In this document: piece after piece, positions 8,441 to 18,853 of the stretch
How the letters are laid out: each line of letters starts with the position of its first letter
Position numbering within the stretch: position 1 is the first letter of the stretch
Source: a virus
Virus record (IMG/VR): IMGVR_UViG_3300027749_000062
Coordinates: 40,242 to 104,241 of that record
Direction: 5' to 3' (one strand)
DNA length: 64,000 nucleotides
Made by a program: the position numbers and the translations under genes
Notes under the pieces: model-generated
What the model was told of the DNA's origin: nothing
The model's input: the letters and a program-made list of their open reading frames with translations, nothing else
Database searches by the model: none

Positions 8441-11095
8441 TTACGGTAGTTTTGCCTTCAGTTCCTCTACTTGGTCACTCAGTTCTTTGATGGCCTCAAT
8501 CAATAATGGCACCAGACGTTCATAATTAATTGTCAAATATTGACTATCTATAGGTGCAGGATGAACAATTTCAGGTAAAACTGATTGTACTTGTTGTGCA
8601 GATACACCAACTTCGCGCCTTACTTTATAACCCAAATCTTGTGCCGTTTGATTAGCTTCATAATAGAAACCATTGAGTGACTTAACTTTATCTAAAGCAC
8701 CTATGATGTTTCCTAAATTCGTTTTTAGTTTATCATCAGAATAATATGCAGTAATAGTTCCAATTGCACGAATTTCACCAGCCGTTGTTGAAGCAGCCGT
8801 ACCAATACCAATTGAATTAAATTGAGAATTCTGTGTTGTGCTAGTAAATGTTGCAGCAGAACCTGTGGTATTTTGATTCAATGTTGGGAATGTACAATTG
8901 CTCAAATTACCTGATGATGGAGTACCAAGTATTGGAGTTACTAAAGTGGGACTTGTTGCAAAAACTAATGCACCAGAACCAGTTTCATCAGTAACAGCTG
9001 CCAGTAAATTGGCAGAATTGGAAGTTGCTAAGAAATTAGCAACATTTGTGGCAAGACCTGAAATACCAGTAGAAACTGGCAAACCAGTACAGTTTGTCAA
9101 TGTACCTGAATTTGGTGTGCCAAGTACAGGTGTTACTAAAGTTGGAGTATTTGAAAGTACAACTGAACCTGTTCCGGTAGAAGATGCAACTCCTGTACCA
9201 CCAGATGAAACTGGAACAGGTTGTGAAGAAGTTATTTGTCCTGCAGCAATATTTGCATTTAGTGTTCCATAATTTGCATACACTATAGCACCAACTGAGT
9301 TACTTGTTGGATTTGTTGCTAGACCTTGGAATAGATAATAATTACTTCCTGCAACTCTTACTAAACCTGCATATTTTGTACCTGCACTTACATATTGGCC
9401 ATAAAAACCAATGTCAACTGTATCCGATAAATTGTTCGCAGCTAATTCAATCAATGAATCAACTGTTTGGAAGGTTGAAACATTAATATATGAAGAAGTT
9501 CCATTGACAAATAAATTACCTGTGACACCTAAATCACCAGACAATGTACCACCAGTTCTTGGTAATGCATTATTTGCCGTTGTGAAAGCTGAATTTGCAT
9601 AAGAACCTGATGTTACTGCTTTAGTGTCTGCTGTAGCTGCATTTGTTGTTGCTGTATTTGCTTGTGTATACGCAGCGTTTGCCTGAATAAATGCAGGTTG
9701 TGCAGATAAAGCCGCCGTATTAGCAGCACTAAATGCTGAGTTAGCATAAGCACCAGATGTTATTGCATTAGCGTTGGCATTATTTGCCGCCAAATATGCA
9801 GAGTTAGCATAAGTGCCTGTCGTATTTTGAGATTGATATGCTGAATTTGCTTGTGTAAACGCAGGTTGTGCAGATAAAGCCGCCGTATTAGCAGCACTAA
9901 AAGCGGCATTTGCTTGGATAAAAGCACCAGTTAAAACTTTATTTGTTGGTACTGTTGTTGTGCTTGTTGATGTTGTACTATCAGAAATCATATTTGCAGT
10001 CATGATTTGTGAGTACTGTGTACCATTGTTTACATCTAAAATATCAAAATATTTACCTGTTTCATACCAACGTATAGTCGCATTGGCATTTGGAATACCA
10101 GTTGGTTGATTATTTGCAGTACCTCTATTAACACTAAAATAACTTATAACAGGTGTATTTGTGTTTGCATTTATTACAAAATTATTTGTTGTATAAACAA
10201 CTGTTCCATTAAGTACAAAAGAACCGCCAACAGTTACTGAACCTGATGTTGTCAATGATTGAAAAGCACCAACAGCATTTGTTGCTGAAAGTGATGATCC
10301 AGTCAATGTCATATTATTGATTGTTTGAGCACCAGACTGTAGATTATTAGCAAACAAATACGAAGAATTGGCAAAACTAAATGCCGAATTGGAATATATT
10401 CCGGTAGTATTTTGGGAACCATAAGCTGAATTAGCTTGTGTAAATGCTCCTAAGATGTATGCAATAATATCATAACCATTAACAACTGCGCTTGTTGCTG
10501 CAATAATGGAACCTCCAAAATTACCATTTGAAGTTACTGTTAATTGGCCAGCATTAATTCTATTATTTGAAGTTAAAAATGATGTATAAGTGTTTCCTGT
10601 TATACTTACGTTTCCTGTAATTCCTGCACCTGCACCTACAGTCAATGAATTTTGTAATGTTGCTGCACCTAATACATTGATTGTGTTAGAAATGGTTGTT
10701 GTACCAGAAACACTTAATGTTCCACCTAAGGTTGAATTATTTGATACTGATAAACTAGTACCTGTATTTGTGGCGTAGATAGTTCCATTAGAAGTAATCG
10801 AACCACTTGCAACTAAACTCTGTGATGTATTTGTGAAATATACTTGTTTACCTACAGTTAAGTTGTTGTCGATGGTTGCAGAAGAAGATGTACCTGTAAC
10901 TTGTAATAATCCGGAAATTGTAGCATTATTTCCAACAGATAGAGATGTGCCTGTTCCATTTAAAATCAAAGAACCAGAATCTTTTGTCCAATCATACTTA
11001 CCGATTGAATTGATTTCATTTGAATCGGCGTTTGTTGCAACAATCCAATCACCAAATGTGTTGGCGAAACCTAAAATATTGACTGTATTTGCCAT
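8441..11095 (-). CDS. Tail fibre with C-terminal intramolecular chaperone (peptidase S74)
   Basis: YYSDDKLKTN...GVSAQQVQSVLPE...YERLVPLLIEAIKEL at C-terminus. Confidence 0.88.
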   Translation of the reverse strand: MANTVNILGFANTFGDWIVATNADSNEINSIGKYDWTKDSGSLILNGTGTSLSVGNNATISGLLQVTGTSSSATIDNNLTVGKQVYFTNTSQSLVASGSITSNGTIYATNTGTSLSVSNNSTLGGTLSVSGTTTISNTINVLGAATLQNSLTVGAGAGITGNVSITGNTYTSFLTSNNRINAGQLTVTSNGNFGGSIIAATSAVVNGYDIIAYILGAFTQANSAYGSQNTTGIYSNSAFSFANSSYLFANNLQSGAQTINNMTLTGSSLSATNAVGAFQSLTTSGSVTVGGSFVLNGTVVYTTNNFVINANTNTPVISYFSVNRGTANNQPTGIPNANATIRWYETGKYFDILDVNNGTQYSQIMTANMISDSTTSTSTTTVPTNKVLTGAFIQANAAFSAANTAALSAQPAFTQANSAYQSQNTTGTYANSAYLAANNANANAITSGAYANSAFSAANTAALSAQPAFIQANAAYTQANTATTNAATADTKAVTSGSYANSAFTTANNALPRTGGTLSGDLGVTGNLFVNGTSSYINVSTFQTVDSLIELAANNLSDTVDIGFYGQYVSAGTKYAGLVRVAGSNYYLFQGLATNPTSNSVGAIVYANYGTLNANIAAGQITSSQPVPVSSGGTGVASSTGTGSVVLSNTPTLVTPVLGTPNSGTLTNCTGLPVSTGISGLATNVANFLATSNSANLLAAVTDETGSGALVFATSPTLVTPILGTPSSGNLSNCTFPTLNQNTTGSAATFTSTTQNSQFNSIGIGTAASTTAGEIRAIGTITAYYSDDKLKTNLGNIIGALDKVKSLNGFYYEANQTAQDLGYKVRREVGVSAQQVQSVLPEIVHPAPIDSQYLTINYERLVPLLIEAIKELSDQVEELKAKLP

Positions 11096-11096
11096 C

Positions 11097-11318
11097 TTAA
11101 CCTTTTATTAGTAATTGTTGCAACAACGATTTAATCTCGGACATGTCCGATTTGATGCAATCTATTTCTGATTTTACTTTATTTATTTCTTCTTTTTGAA
11201 TCTTTACCAACCTAAGTTTATTATAATACTCATTTTTTTCTGTACTATCTGTAGGCAAAAGAGCTCTACTGTTTATATCACGAACAAAATTTGTTCCAGT
11301 AACTCTTACTAGTTCCAT
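11097..11318 (-). CDS. Small coiled-coil protein conserved in T4-like phages
   Basis: 73 aa, VRD..S.A motif and C-terminal EIKSLLQQLL; follows DUF4815 gene. Confidence 0.55.
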   Translation of the reverse strand: MELVRVTGTNFVRDINSRALLPTDSTEKNEYYNKLRLVKIQKEEINKVKSEIDCIKSDMSEIKSLLQQLLIKG

Positions 11319-11319
11319 T

Positions 11320-13512
11320 TTAGATTCCTGTTCCTGCTGGCAATGCTAATGCACGAATATCAGTTAAGAAAGGAACATTTGTATTATCACTTGTCGCTAA
11401 AACAATTTTGATTGCAAATTGAATAAATGATGTATACTTTTGACCTGTTGTTGCACTTACATAACTGATGCTGTTGTTTGCTTGGTTACTTGCATAAATG
11501 CCAGGCGCAGCTTCATATTCATACAAATCGGTTCTAGATGTGGAAAATGTATTTGGATTCTGCATAGTTGTCATCAACTGCCAGTTACCTGATTCAAACG
11601 GAGCTGTATCTAATGAATTCAAAATTTTGTAATAAACATAGATAGCTGTACCTAATGGTTTATATGCAGTATAAAATACTCTTAAATCACCTGAATCATT
11701 TCCTGGTGCAAGTACAACTTTCTTAGTGAAATATTTTGCATATGAATTACCACCTTTTGATGATGTTTCACCTGTTACTGTAACAACAGCATTTGCATTT
11801 CCTCCGCGAGTAGCTGGATTGGAAATTGTAATTGTTGGTGATGTTAGATAACCAGAACCTGGTGTAATTGCATATACAGAAGTAATTGCACCGTTGGCAT
11901 TTGCAGTAAATCCTAATGTTGCAACATTTGAACCAACATCTGGACTTGAAATTGATATTGTTGTTGCATTGACGTTATAACCATAACCTGGATTGGTAAT
12001 AGATATAACATTATTACCAATTCCCATGTTATTGATGAGATAAGAAATCGCATACATCGTAACACCATCGTCCGAAATGATTGGGGTCACGTTAGGATCA
12101 CTTGTGGCCATTGTTGCATACAATGAGAAGGAATTATTTGAATACTTTAATAGGGTTCTTTCTCCATTTCCATCATTTAAGTAAATGTCATCAGGTAAAG
12201 GACTTCCTAATCTTCCAGGAGTAATTGAATTTGTACCTGTTGGTACATTTCCAGTCTTTAATGTTGCTGTATATGAATAATTGATACTTGTTCCTGTTGG
12301 TGCAAGGTCAGTTGTGGTGATATTCATTGCATCATAAACTCTACTTGGAGAATAATTACCAAATATCTGTGAGGCACTATTCGCATCTATCTTATTCAAA
12401 ATATCTTGGTTGCCCATTTTTCTAAATGGCAAACCTTTGGGTACAGTAAACTGAACCGAAGCTGTGGTTGTAGAGAACACACATTTATCAATAACAAACA
12501 TCAAATCTTTTGTTTGGTCTGCTGACCATGTTATACCATTTTGAGATTCAAACAAAGCACCAACATAAGGAGCTGCACCAATTTTTGTTGGATTACTTGG
12601 ATTTGCATCTGATACATTAGCTTTTGCAGTAGAGGGTACAGCTATTTGATTTTGTTGACCATAATAAAGTACATAATCTTTAGAAGCTGAATTAACAATA
12701 AAAGCGTACAATACACCAGATTGAATATAAACCGGTGCATCAAAAACAAATTCTGTATAAGCACTTGGATCCAAATAATGTGGTGTGCTGGATGTGTTTA
12801 CTTGGTTTGGAAGTAACATAACCGTAGAGTAATCTAATGTAGAACCATCAGGATAACCATTAATTGTAGGTACAACACTAATTTTTACTGGAATATTTGT
12901 TGAAGGTTTTGAATAGAAAAATAATTTGATTGAGTATAAGAAAATGCCATTGGGGTAATTATCTTTTGAAACAATAAATGTTTGTGCAACCGGATCACTA
13001 TTACCTGTTTGTACGGTAGTAGAACGAGTCGTTGTAACTGAACTAATTAATTGATTGGCTCTTTGATTTACTTGAGTAAATACAGATTTAGAAGAATCTA
13101 TTGAAGGTGCAAAATCTAATTTTTGTGAGGATGTTGAAAGACCTGAGGCGACAAATGTTCCTTCGGCAAATGTTGTTGCGGTTGTTAAATCTGTGGCCAC
13201 AGTTCTATTATCTACGCGAAATACTCTACTTCCGGTTTGAAATGTAGTGGAAGGAACATTGAAAATACCAACAAAATTACCAGCTTCATCTGTCGAAGGT
13301 TTAGCTAATGAGTTTCCAGTTTGCACCGCCGAGCTAATTTTAGTTAAATTGCCTGAAATGGAATAACGAGAACTAATATCTCCACCCATTTCTGTATTTG
13401 TACCCAACGATAAATTTACAGGAGTACTAAGTGTAACAAGTTTTGTTACCGGATCATATGCTGTAATGGTTGCAGAATAAGTGTAAAGACTTGAGCGATA
13501 AAGTGTTGTCAT
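11320..13512 (-). CDS. DUF4815/VrlC-like baseplate-associated protein, C-terminal part
   Basis: G.F.VP...F.TG.R.FR, DPVAQTF, LFESQNG.TW...Q..DL.F, ends D.RALAL; own RBS (GGAAAAA). Confidence 0.8.
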   Translation of the reverse strand: MTTLYRSSLYTYSATITAYDPVTKLVTLSTPVNLSLGTNTEMGGDISSRYSISGNLTKISSAVQTGNSLAKPSTDEAGNFVGIFNVPSTTFQTGSRVFRVDNRTVATDLTTATTFAEGTFVASGLSTSSQKLDFAPSIDSSKSVFTQVNQRANQLISSVTTTRSTTVQTGNSDPVAQTFIVSKDNYPNGIFLYSIKLFFYSKPSTNIPVKISVVPTINGYPDGSTLDYSTVMLLPNQVNTSSTPHYLDPSAYTEFVFDAPVYIQSGVLYAFIVNSASKDYVLYYGQQNQIAVPSTAKANVSDANPSNPTKIGAAPYVGALFESQNGITWSADQTKDLMFVIDKCVFSTTTASVQFTVPKGLPFRKMGNQDILNKIDANSASQIFGNYSPSRVYDAMNITTTDLAPTGTSINYSYTATLKTGNVPTGTNSITPGRLGSPLPDDIYLNDGNGERTLLKYSNNSFSLYATMATSDPNVTPIISDDGVTMYAISYLINNMGIGNNVISITNPGYGYNVNATTISISSPDVGSNVATLGFTANANGAITSVYAITPGSGYLTSPTITISNPATRGGNANAVVTVTGETSSKGGNSYAKYFTKKVVLAPGNDSGDLRVFYTAYKPLGTAIYVYYKILNSLDTAPFESGNWQLMTTMQNPNTFSTSRTDLYEYEAAPGIYASNQANNSISYVSATTGQKYTSFIQFAIKIVLATSDNTNVPFLTDIRALALPAGTGI

Positions 13513-13531
13513 TTATTTTTCCAAAATTTTA

Positions 13532-16500
13532 TTAATTATTTATTGTCTTGGGAAATGATTTATCACCAAAAACTCTACTAATTGTATATAAGAAAGCAAA
13601 TAGTGCCCACATTCCGTAACCTGTTACTATACCAGCTTGCTTGTCTTTTCTTGGTAATAAGTTGACTATTTTACTAATTGGTTTACCAATATTCATAATA
13701 ATTTTACCAGCGAGATTATCTTTATCTCTCTTACCCATTATATATGCCATATGTTCAGCCCAAGGTGTTGCAATTCTATGAGCCCATTTTGTTGCAAGTT
13801 TTGCTTGGACTTCAGAACGCTTCTTATCATCTTTAATCCAGAACATACATTGTGGACCTTCACCGGACATCCAATCAACAACAACTGTAGCCCAACGAAT
13901 ATAACCATGATAGGCCGCAGGGTCATTCAATTTTAACAATTCACCAAATTCTTGGTCCGCCTTGTAAATTGATTCATCCATTAGTCCCAATTGGTATAGT
14001 TTGGTACAGATAATTTTACCTCCACCACCGCCACCTCCAGAAGGTTTTGGTGGAGGTGGAACATATGTTGCAGATACATCGAGACTGTAAACATATTTTG
14101 ATGTAATGTTAATTGTTGAACCAACATAGTAACTAGAAGTATTTGAAGCAGTAGCTGGATCCAATCTTAATTGAGTTGCACCAACAAACCACTCTGCGCC
14201 AGCTGGCATTCTAACCGAAGTTCCTGCATTAGTATATGTAATCGGTGGATTAATTGTAGTATACACTATCGTGTTTGATGCATTCTTAATTGTTGCACCA
14301 AAAGCTGATGTTGTTGTACCTGAACTTGTTGCGGTCCATCCAAGTTTTACCGTTGTTGGTGCATTTGATACTGTATAAGTAAAAGTTGTTGTTGATGCTG
14401 GTGTGTTCGTTAAAGAAGTTCCAATGCTTGTACCATTCGCATAAACTGTTGCTGAACCTGATGCACCAACCTCTATCGTGTAAATTCCGTTAGCTGTGAG
14501 TGTGACGGGTGAGGTAAAATTGAAATTGGTACTATTAGTTCCATCACCCCAAACTCCATAGTTATTCAATAGTGATGAATAACCTTGTACTATTGGTGTT
14601 CCAAATATTTGTGTTGTTGTATTACCATTTAATGTATTTGACCAACCACCACCAACACCACTAATTGAACCACTTTGGCTTATGTTTATTACTGAATTAG
14701 AGGCTACTGTTCCTGATGCAGAAGAAGACAAGTAATTTCCACTAGAGTCAAATGTTGCATTCCTTAAAGTTGTAGATCCTAATAAATTAGGAACACCAAG
14801 AATATCTGAAACATATAAACGAACTTTTGTCGTATCTGTATAATAATAAACAGTTGTTACACGAGCAATTGGATAGAACACACTGGCAATATAAAAACCA
14901 ATAATATCATCATTATTAAATGTGCCAGAAACACCTGTCAATTCAATTGTATTTGGAGCAGTCATGTATCGTGATACATCTACACCATCAAAGAATGTCG
15001 ATACATTTGAATTGACCAACAAACCAGATGCACGAATAATAACTTGTTGCGGTCTAATGTAAGGCAATACTGTAATATTAGTCAAGTATCCATTATTAAT
15101 TCCAAATGTGGAAGAAGTAGGATTATATGCACCTGAAGTAACATTTTGAATTTGACTTGCATATGTTTGCGTTGTTGTGCTTACAGTAGTTGTCCTAGAT
15201 GTACTAGTAGTGGATACGCTTGAGCTAGAACTACTACTTGATGATAATGTTCCTGGAATAGTTTGATAATCACCTGAATTTAACAAGTTAACACCAGTTG
15301 TGGCTTGATATATTTGAAAATTAGGATTAGTAACTAAAATCGCTGGTGCTTGATTGTTATCTACCCAATTGTCCATTGGTGGGTTCATTTGTAATAACCC
15401 CTGTTGGACTGAAACATTGAATGGATTTACAGAAACTGTACTACTTGCAAGTGGTTGAACAGCAACATTTTCTGTTGTGTATGGTAAAGTAAACAGATTT
15501 GTTTGAGCACCATTGATGCTATTAATTCTATAACTATTTGTATTTGCTATCGTTCCTAAACTCGCAAGCACAACAGGATTTTGGAGTTGAAAATTATCAA
15601 CCAATTGCAATGCAGTTAGTTGATTTTTACGAACATTGATGTTTGCAGCATAGTCTGGATTTTGTGTGTCTGCTGTTCCAAATGATGAAAAATCATCAAC
15701 CAATATACCATTCTTAAAACGATTTAAACCATTAGCATCAGGAATTTGTAAAGAACTAGCTTTTTGTTCCAAAATACTTAATGATGTATAATATTCTAAA
15801 TTATTAACACGGGTTTCTAAATCTGTAATATCTTCTTTAGCCCAACGCTTGTGAATAATTTTATTGATAGACAAGTTTGATGGAACACCAGGTGTACCCT
15901 CACCAGGAACAAAAGCTGTATATGGGTCGTGAAATAAATTTGCAATTATCATAGAACCAGATGGTTCATTTGGCAATAATGGATTAACAGAAGGTGTACC
16001 TTGAATTATATTAAAACTCTTATCTTTTGTTAATACTAATTTGTCGTTTCTACCCAAATAGTATTGATAGAAACCTGTAAAGTTTGATAAATTATTGGGT
16101 ATCAACATACCAATATCATTCGTAGAAGTTTGTGTACCTGAATATTCCCAAACATATGCAGTCTGACCATTAACTCGGCAAGGCCTAAAATCAATACAAT
16201 CTCTTAATGCATATTGTACACCATCTTTAGCTGTGTATGAACCAATTTGTGCATAAGCTTCTGCTGAACTCGATACACCACCATAAGTTGAGCCTGATGT
16301 ATTATATGATTGGATACTGAAATAACCATCACCAGAAGATGCTTGTGTGTGAGAATAGTAATCTACAGCAACAAGAATATTTCCTGAAGGAATCGGCGCA
16401 CCTGGAATCAATGAAACCGATGCATGGTCATAGAAACTATCTCTTTGGCCATTGTCTAATGTGAAATAAGAAGTAATATCTGTATAATTTGACAATGAAC

Positions 16501-18844
16501 CTGATGGATTTGTACCAGCAACACCTGAATCAAATACACCTACAATTCTTTTAACATCATTTACATACAATGACATTTTTCCAGTTGCTGTAATGTCTGT
16601 TTTACTAATTGTAATTTGACCTTTTGTTAAATCCTGATAAGAATTTGTTCCAGAAACTGATGCAAGTGTACCAACAGTTACGGTGTTACCCGTAACTAAA
16701 GATTTTGATTTTAAAACATAACTTGAAGAATCACCACTGCTTGCTTGGACTTGTGCAATAATTGTAACATTTTTATTTGTACCAACACCAGAACCAACTG
16801 TAAATGTTGCTTGAGTTTTATCAGAAGAAATTGAAATTGTATTACCTGATGTAGTAAAATCTAAAACATTACCTGTTGAATTATCAACAACCATGAATAA
16901 TTGCGGCGCAGATGAACTATCTAAAGTACCTGTACCTTCAAATCTTAATGGATTACTTGCATTGCCTGATGTTGCTTGTAGTGTTAATGTATTACCAGTA
17001 AATGTTTTTGAACGATATACTCTTTGTGTAAAATAAGAAGTGGTGGTTAATTGTGCAACATATGGATAACCAATTTGAAATATTAATTCGGGTGAAACTT
17101 GTGAATATAATATTGTATCTGAATTTGCAAGACCATTAACTTTACCACTTGCTGCATTTATATTCACATTTGCGGTTAGCGCATAAGAACCAGAACCGGC
17201 AGTTTTAACAATAGATTCAACATCATAATTTTCATATATCAATGAGAAAGTTGATGTTGCTGTTGGTGTTACTGTGAATGGAGAATCCACATTTACTACT
17301 TTGGAAGCACCATTGTAACTTGTAATATTTCTCAAATCAATAATACCGCCAGTATTCATACTTACTGTTACATTGAAGTAAGAATTTGAAGTGGCTGAGA
17401 ATGAACCGTTTGTATCATTAATTGTGAAGGTTGTTGCAGTGCCTGATGTAACATTTCCGGATAATGTGTTTGCAGCAAAATCTGAAATATATGCATTGAA
17501 AATATATGTTTTAGTATTTGTTCCAGTACCTGAATTATATTTCAAGTTACGCATGAAAGCAGAACCAATCAATGTTGATGAATAAGTTGTAGTATTTGTT
17601 GAAACAATGTTAGCTGCAGGAACACAATGCAAATCAACTTGAGGCAATGTAGAAATATCAAATACACCATTAGAGGTGTCTACAACAAAATAATTTCCGT
17701 AATCCACATAAACTGGATTATTACTGATATTTGCAACAGACTGAGCTCTTGTGTTTGTTAATTTAATATCAGATTGGTTCTCTACTCGATAACCATGAAC
17801 ATATGCAACACCTTTACTAATACTTAAATCATAGGTTGTATTTGATGTAGAATTTGCAGATGGTGTTAGTTTGAAATCATTAACAATATAATCACCATTT
17901 GTTTCATAATCACGTTTTGCAAAGTAATCATCGATGGTTGAGTAAACAGTGCCATCAACTTGTTTTAAAATATTACCATTTTCAATCCGAACCAATTCAA
18001 TAAAATTATCATCATTACCTAAAGTCAAAGGCAACGTAATCAATGTTAGTGTGATAACATATCTGTCTGCACCCGGTGCTTGATAGTTGGATGCACCAAT
18101 AGCAGGATCCAACAAAGAAGAATCATTGATGTAATCGTAAATTGTTTCTGTAATTTGTAAACCAATGCGGTATGATGGTAAATTATCATACTTGTCTAAA
18201 ATGATTGTCTGTGGATTAACAGTAACAAAGTTACCTATTGAATATTGGATGCCAGTACTATTTGAAATGGAATATCCATTAACAACATAAAATACACCAT
18301 TCGCAATAGAAGCAACCGATGAAAGACCAGTTGAAGATATGGTTGTTGATACTGAATTAACTACTGTAGTGGTCGATGTAGCGACAGAAGCATAGTATGT
18401 TGAACCTGTGCTTGTTGAAATAACACTACCATCGGTAAATTGAGCACCTGAGAGATATGTTACAATCAATGTTGGTGGGTCACCAACGGTGGAACCACTA
18501 GTTGTAGTTTCAGCCGTAGCAATAACTCTAGCAAGAATTGTTCCTGTTGAATCTTGAATAATTTGGCCTGCGAAATTCCCAGCAGTTACTGTAATACCAT
18601 TGTAAGTATTGTTCAGTTTAATATAATAACATTGTTGATTAAGTGTGACTTGTCCACCCGAAACTGGTGTATTTGTAGAATATATCGCAGAAGCAAATTC
18701 AGAAATTTGATTCTGTAAAATTGTTTGAGACTGTGTTAATTCACGAGCTTGAACCGCAGAACCTGGCTTAAACAGTATGCGGTGAAAGTTTTTTGATGGG
18801 TCAAAATCGTCAAAATATGGACCAACATTGAAATTTAAAGACAT
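13532..18844 (-). CDS. DUF4815/VrlC-like baseplate-associated protein, N-terminal part, with extra C-terminal helical domain
   Basis: Starts FNVGPYFDDFD...ILFKPG.AVQARELTQ.Q; APGADR; LETRVNNLEYYTSLS; RFKNGILVDDF. Confidence 0.85.
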   Translation of the reverse strand: MSLNFNVGPYFDDFDPSKNFHRILFKPGSAVQARELTQSQTILQNQISEFASAIYSTNTPVSGGQVTLNQQCYYIKLNNTYNGITVTAGNFAGQIIQDSTGTILARVIATAETTTSGSTVGDPPTLIVTYLSGAQFTDGSVISTSTGSTYYASVATSTTTVVNSVSTTISSTGLSSVASIANGVFYVVNGYSISNSTGIQYSIGNFVTVNPQTIILDKYDNLPSYRIGLQITETIYDYINDSSLLDPAIGASNYQAPGADRYVITLTLITLPLTLGNDDNFIELVRIENGNILKQVDGTVYSTIDDYFAKRDYETNGDYIVNDFKLTPSANSTSNTTYDLSISKGVAYVHGYRVENQSDIKLTNTRAQSVANISNNPVYVDYGNYFVVDTSNGVFDISTLPQVDLHCVPAANIVSTNTTTYSSTLIGSAFMRNLKYNSGTGTNTKTYIFNAYISDFAANTLSGNVTSGTATTFTINDTNGSFSATSNSYFNVTVSMNTGGIIDLRNITSYNGASKVVNVDSPFTVTPTATSTFSLIYENYDVESIVKTAGSGSYALTANVNINAASGKVNGLANSDTILYSQVSPELIFQIGYPYVAQLTTTSYFTQRVYRSKTFTGNTLTLQATSGNASNPLRFEGTGTLDSSSAPQLFMVVDNSTGNVLDFTTSGNTISISSDKTQATFTVGSGVGTNKNVTIIAQVQASSGDSSSYVLKSKSLVTGNTVTVGTLASVSGTNSYQDLTKGQITISKTDITATGKMSLYVNDVKRIVGVFDSGVAGTNPSGSLSNYTDITSYFTLDNGQRDSFYDHASVSLIPGAPIPSGNILVAVDYYSHTQASSGDGYFSIQSYNTSGSTYGGVSSSAEAYAQIGSYTAKDGVQYALRDCIDFRPCRVNGQTAYVWEYSGTQTSTNDIGMLIPNNLSNFTGFYQYYLGRNDKLVLTKDKSFNIIQGTPSVNPLLPNEPSGSMIIANLFHDPYTAFVPGEGTPGVPSNLSINKIIHKRWAKEDITDLETRVNNLEYYTSLSILEQKASSLQIPDANGLNRFKNGILVDDFSSFGTADTQNPDYAANINVRKNQLTALQLVDNFQLQNPVVLASLGTIANTNSYRINSINGAQTNLFTLPYTTENVAVQPLASSTVSVNPFNVSVQQGLLQMNPPMDNWVDNNQAPAILVTNPNFQIYQATTGVNLLNSGDYQTIPGTLSSSSSSSSSVSTTSTSRTTTVSTTTQTYASQIQNVTSGAYNPTSSTFGINNGYLTNITVLPYIRPQQVIIRASGLLVNSNVSTFFDGVDVSRYMTAPNTIELTGVSGTFNNDDIIGFYIASVFYPIARVTTVYYYTDTTKVRLYVSDILGVPNLLGSTTLRNATFDSSGNYLSSSASGTVASNSVINISQSGSISGVGGGWSNTLNGNTTTQIFGTPIVQGYSSLLNNYGVWGDGTNSTNFNFTSPVTLTANGIYTIEVGASGSATVYANGTSIGTSLTNTPASTTTFTYTVSNAPTTVKLGWTATSSGTTTSAFGATIKNASNTIVYTTINPPITYTNAGTSVRMPAGAEWFVGATQLRLDPATASNTSSYYVGSTINITSKYVYSLDVSATYVPPPPKPSGGGGGGGKIICTKLYQLGLMDESIYKADQEFGELLKLNDPAAYHGYIRWATVVVDWMSGEGPQCMFWIKDDKKRSEVQAKLATKWAHRIATPWAEHMAYIMGKRDKDNLAGKIIMNIGKPISKIVNLLPRKDKQAGIVTGYGMWALFAFLYTISRVFGDKSFPKTINN

Positions 18845-18853
18845 TTTTTTCCT

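Noticed and set aside
13532-14017. Canonical or split intein in the DUF4815 gene
   Set aside because: No TxxH block or HN-(C/S/T) junction and the sequence looks helical; kept only as an unknown domain
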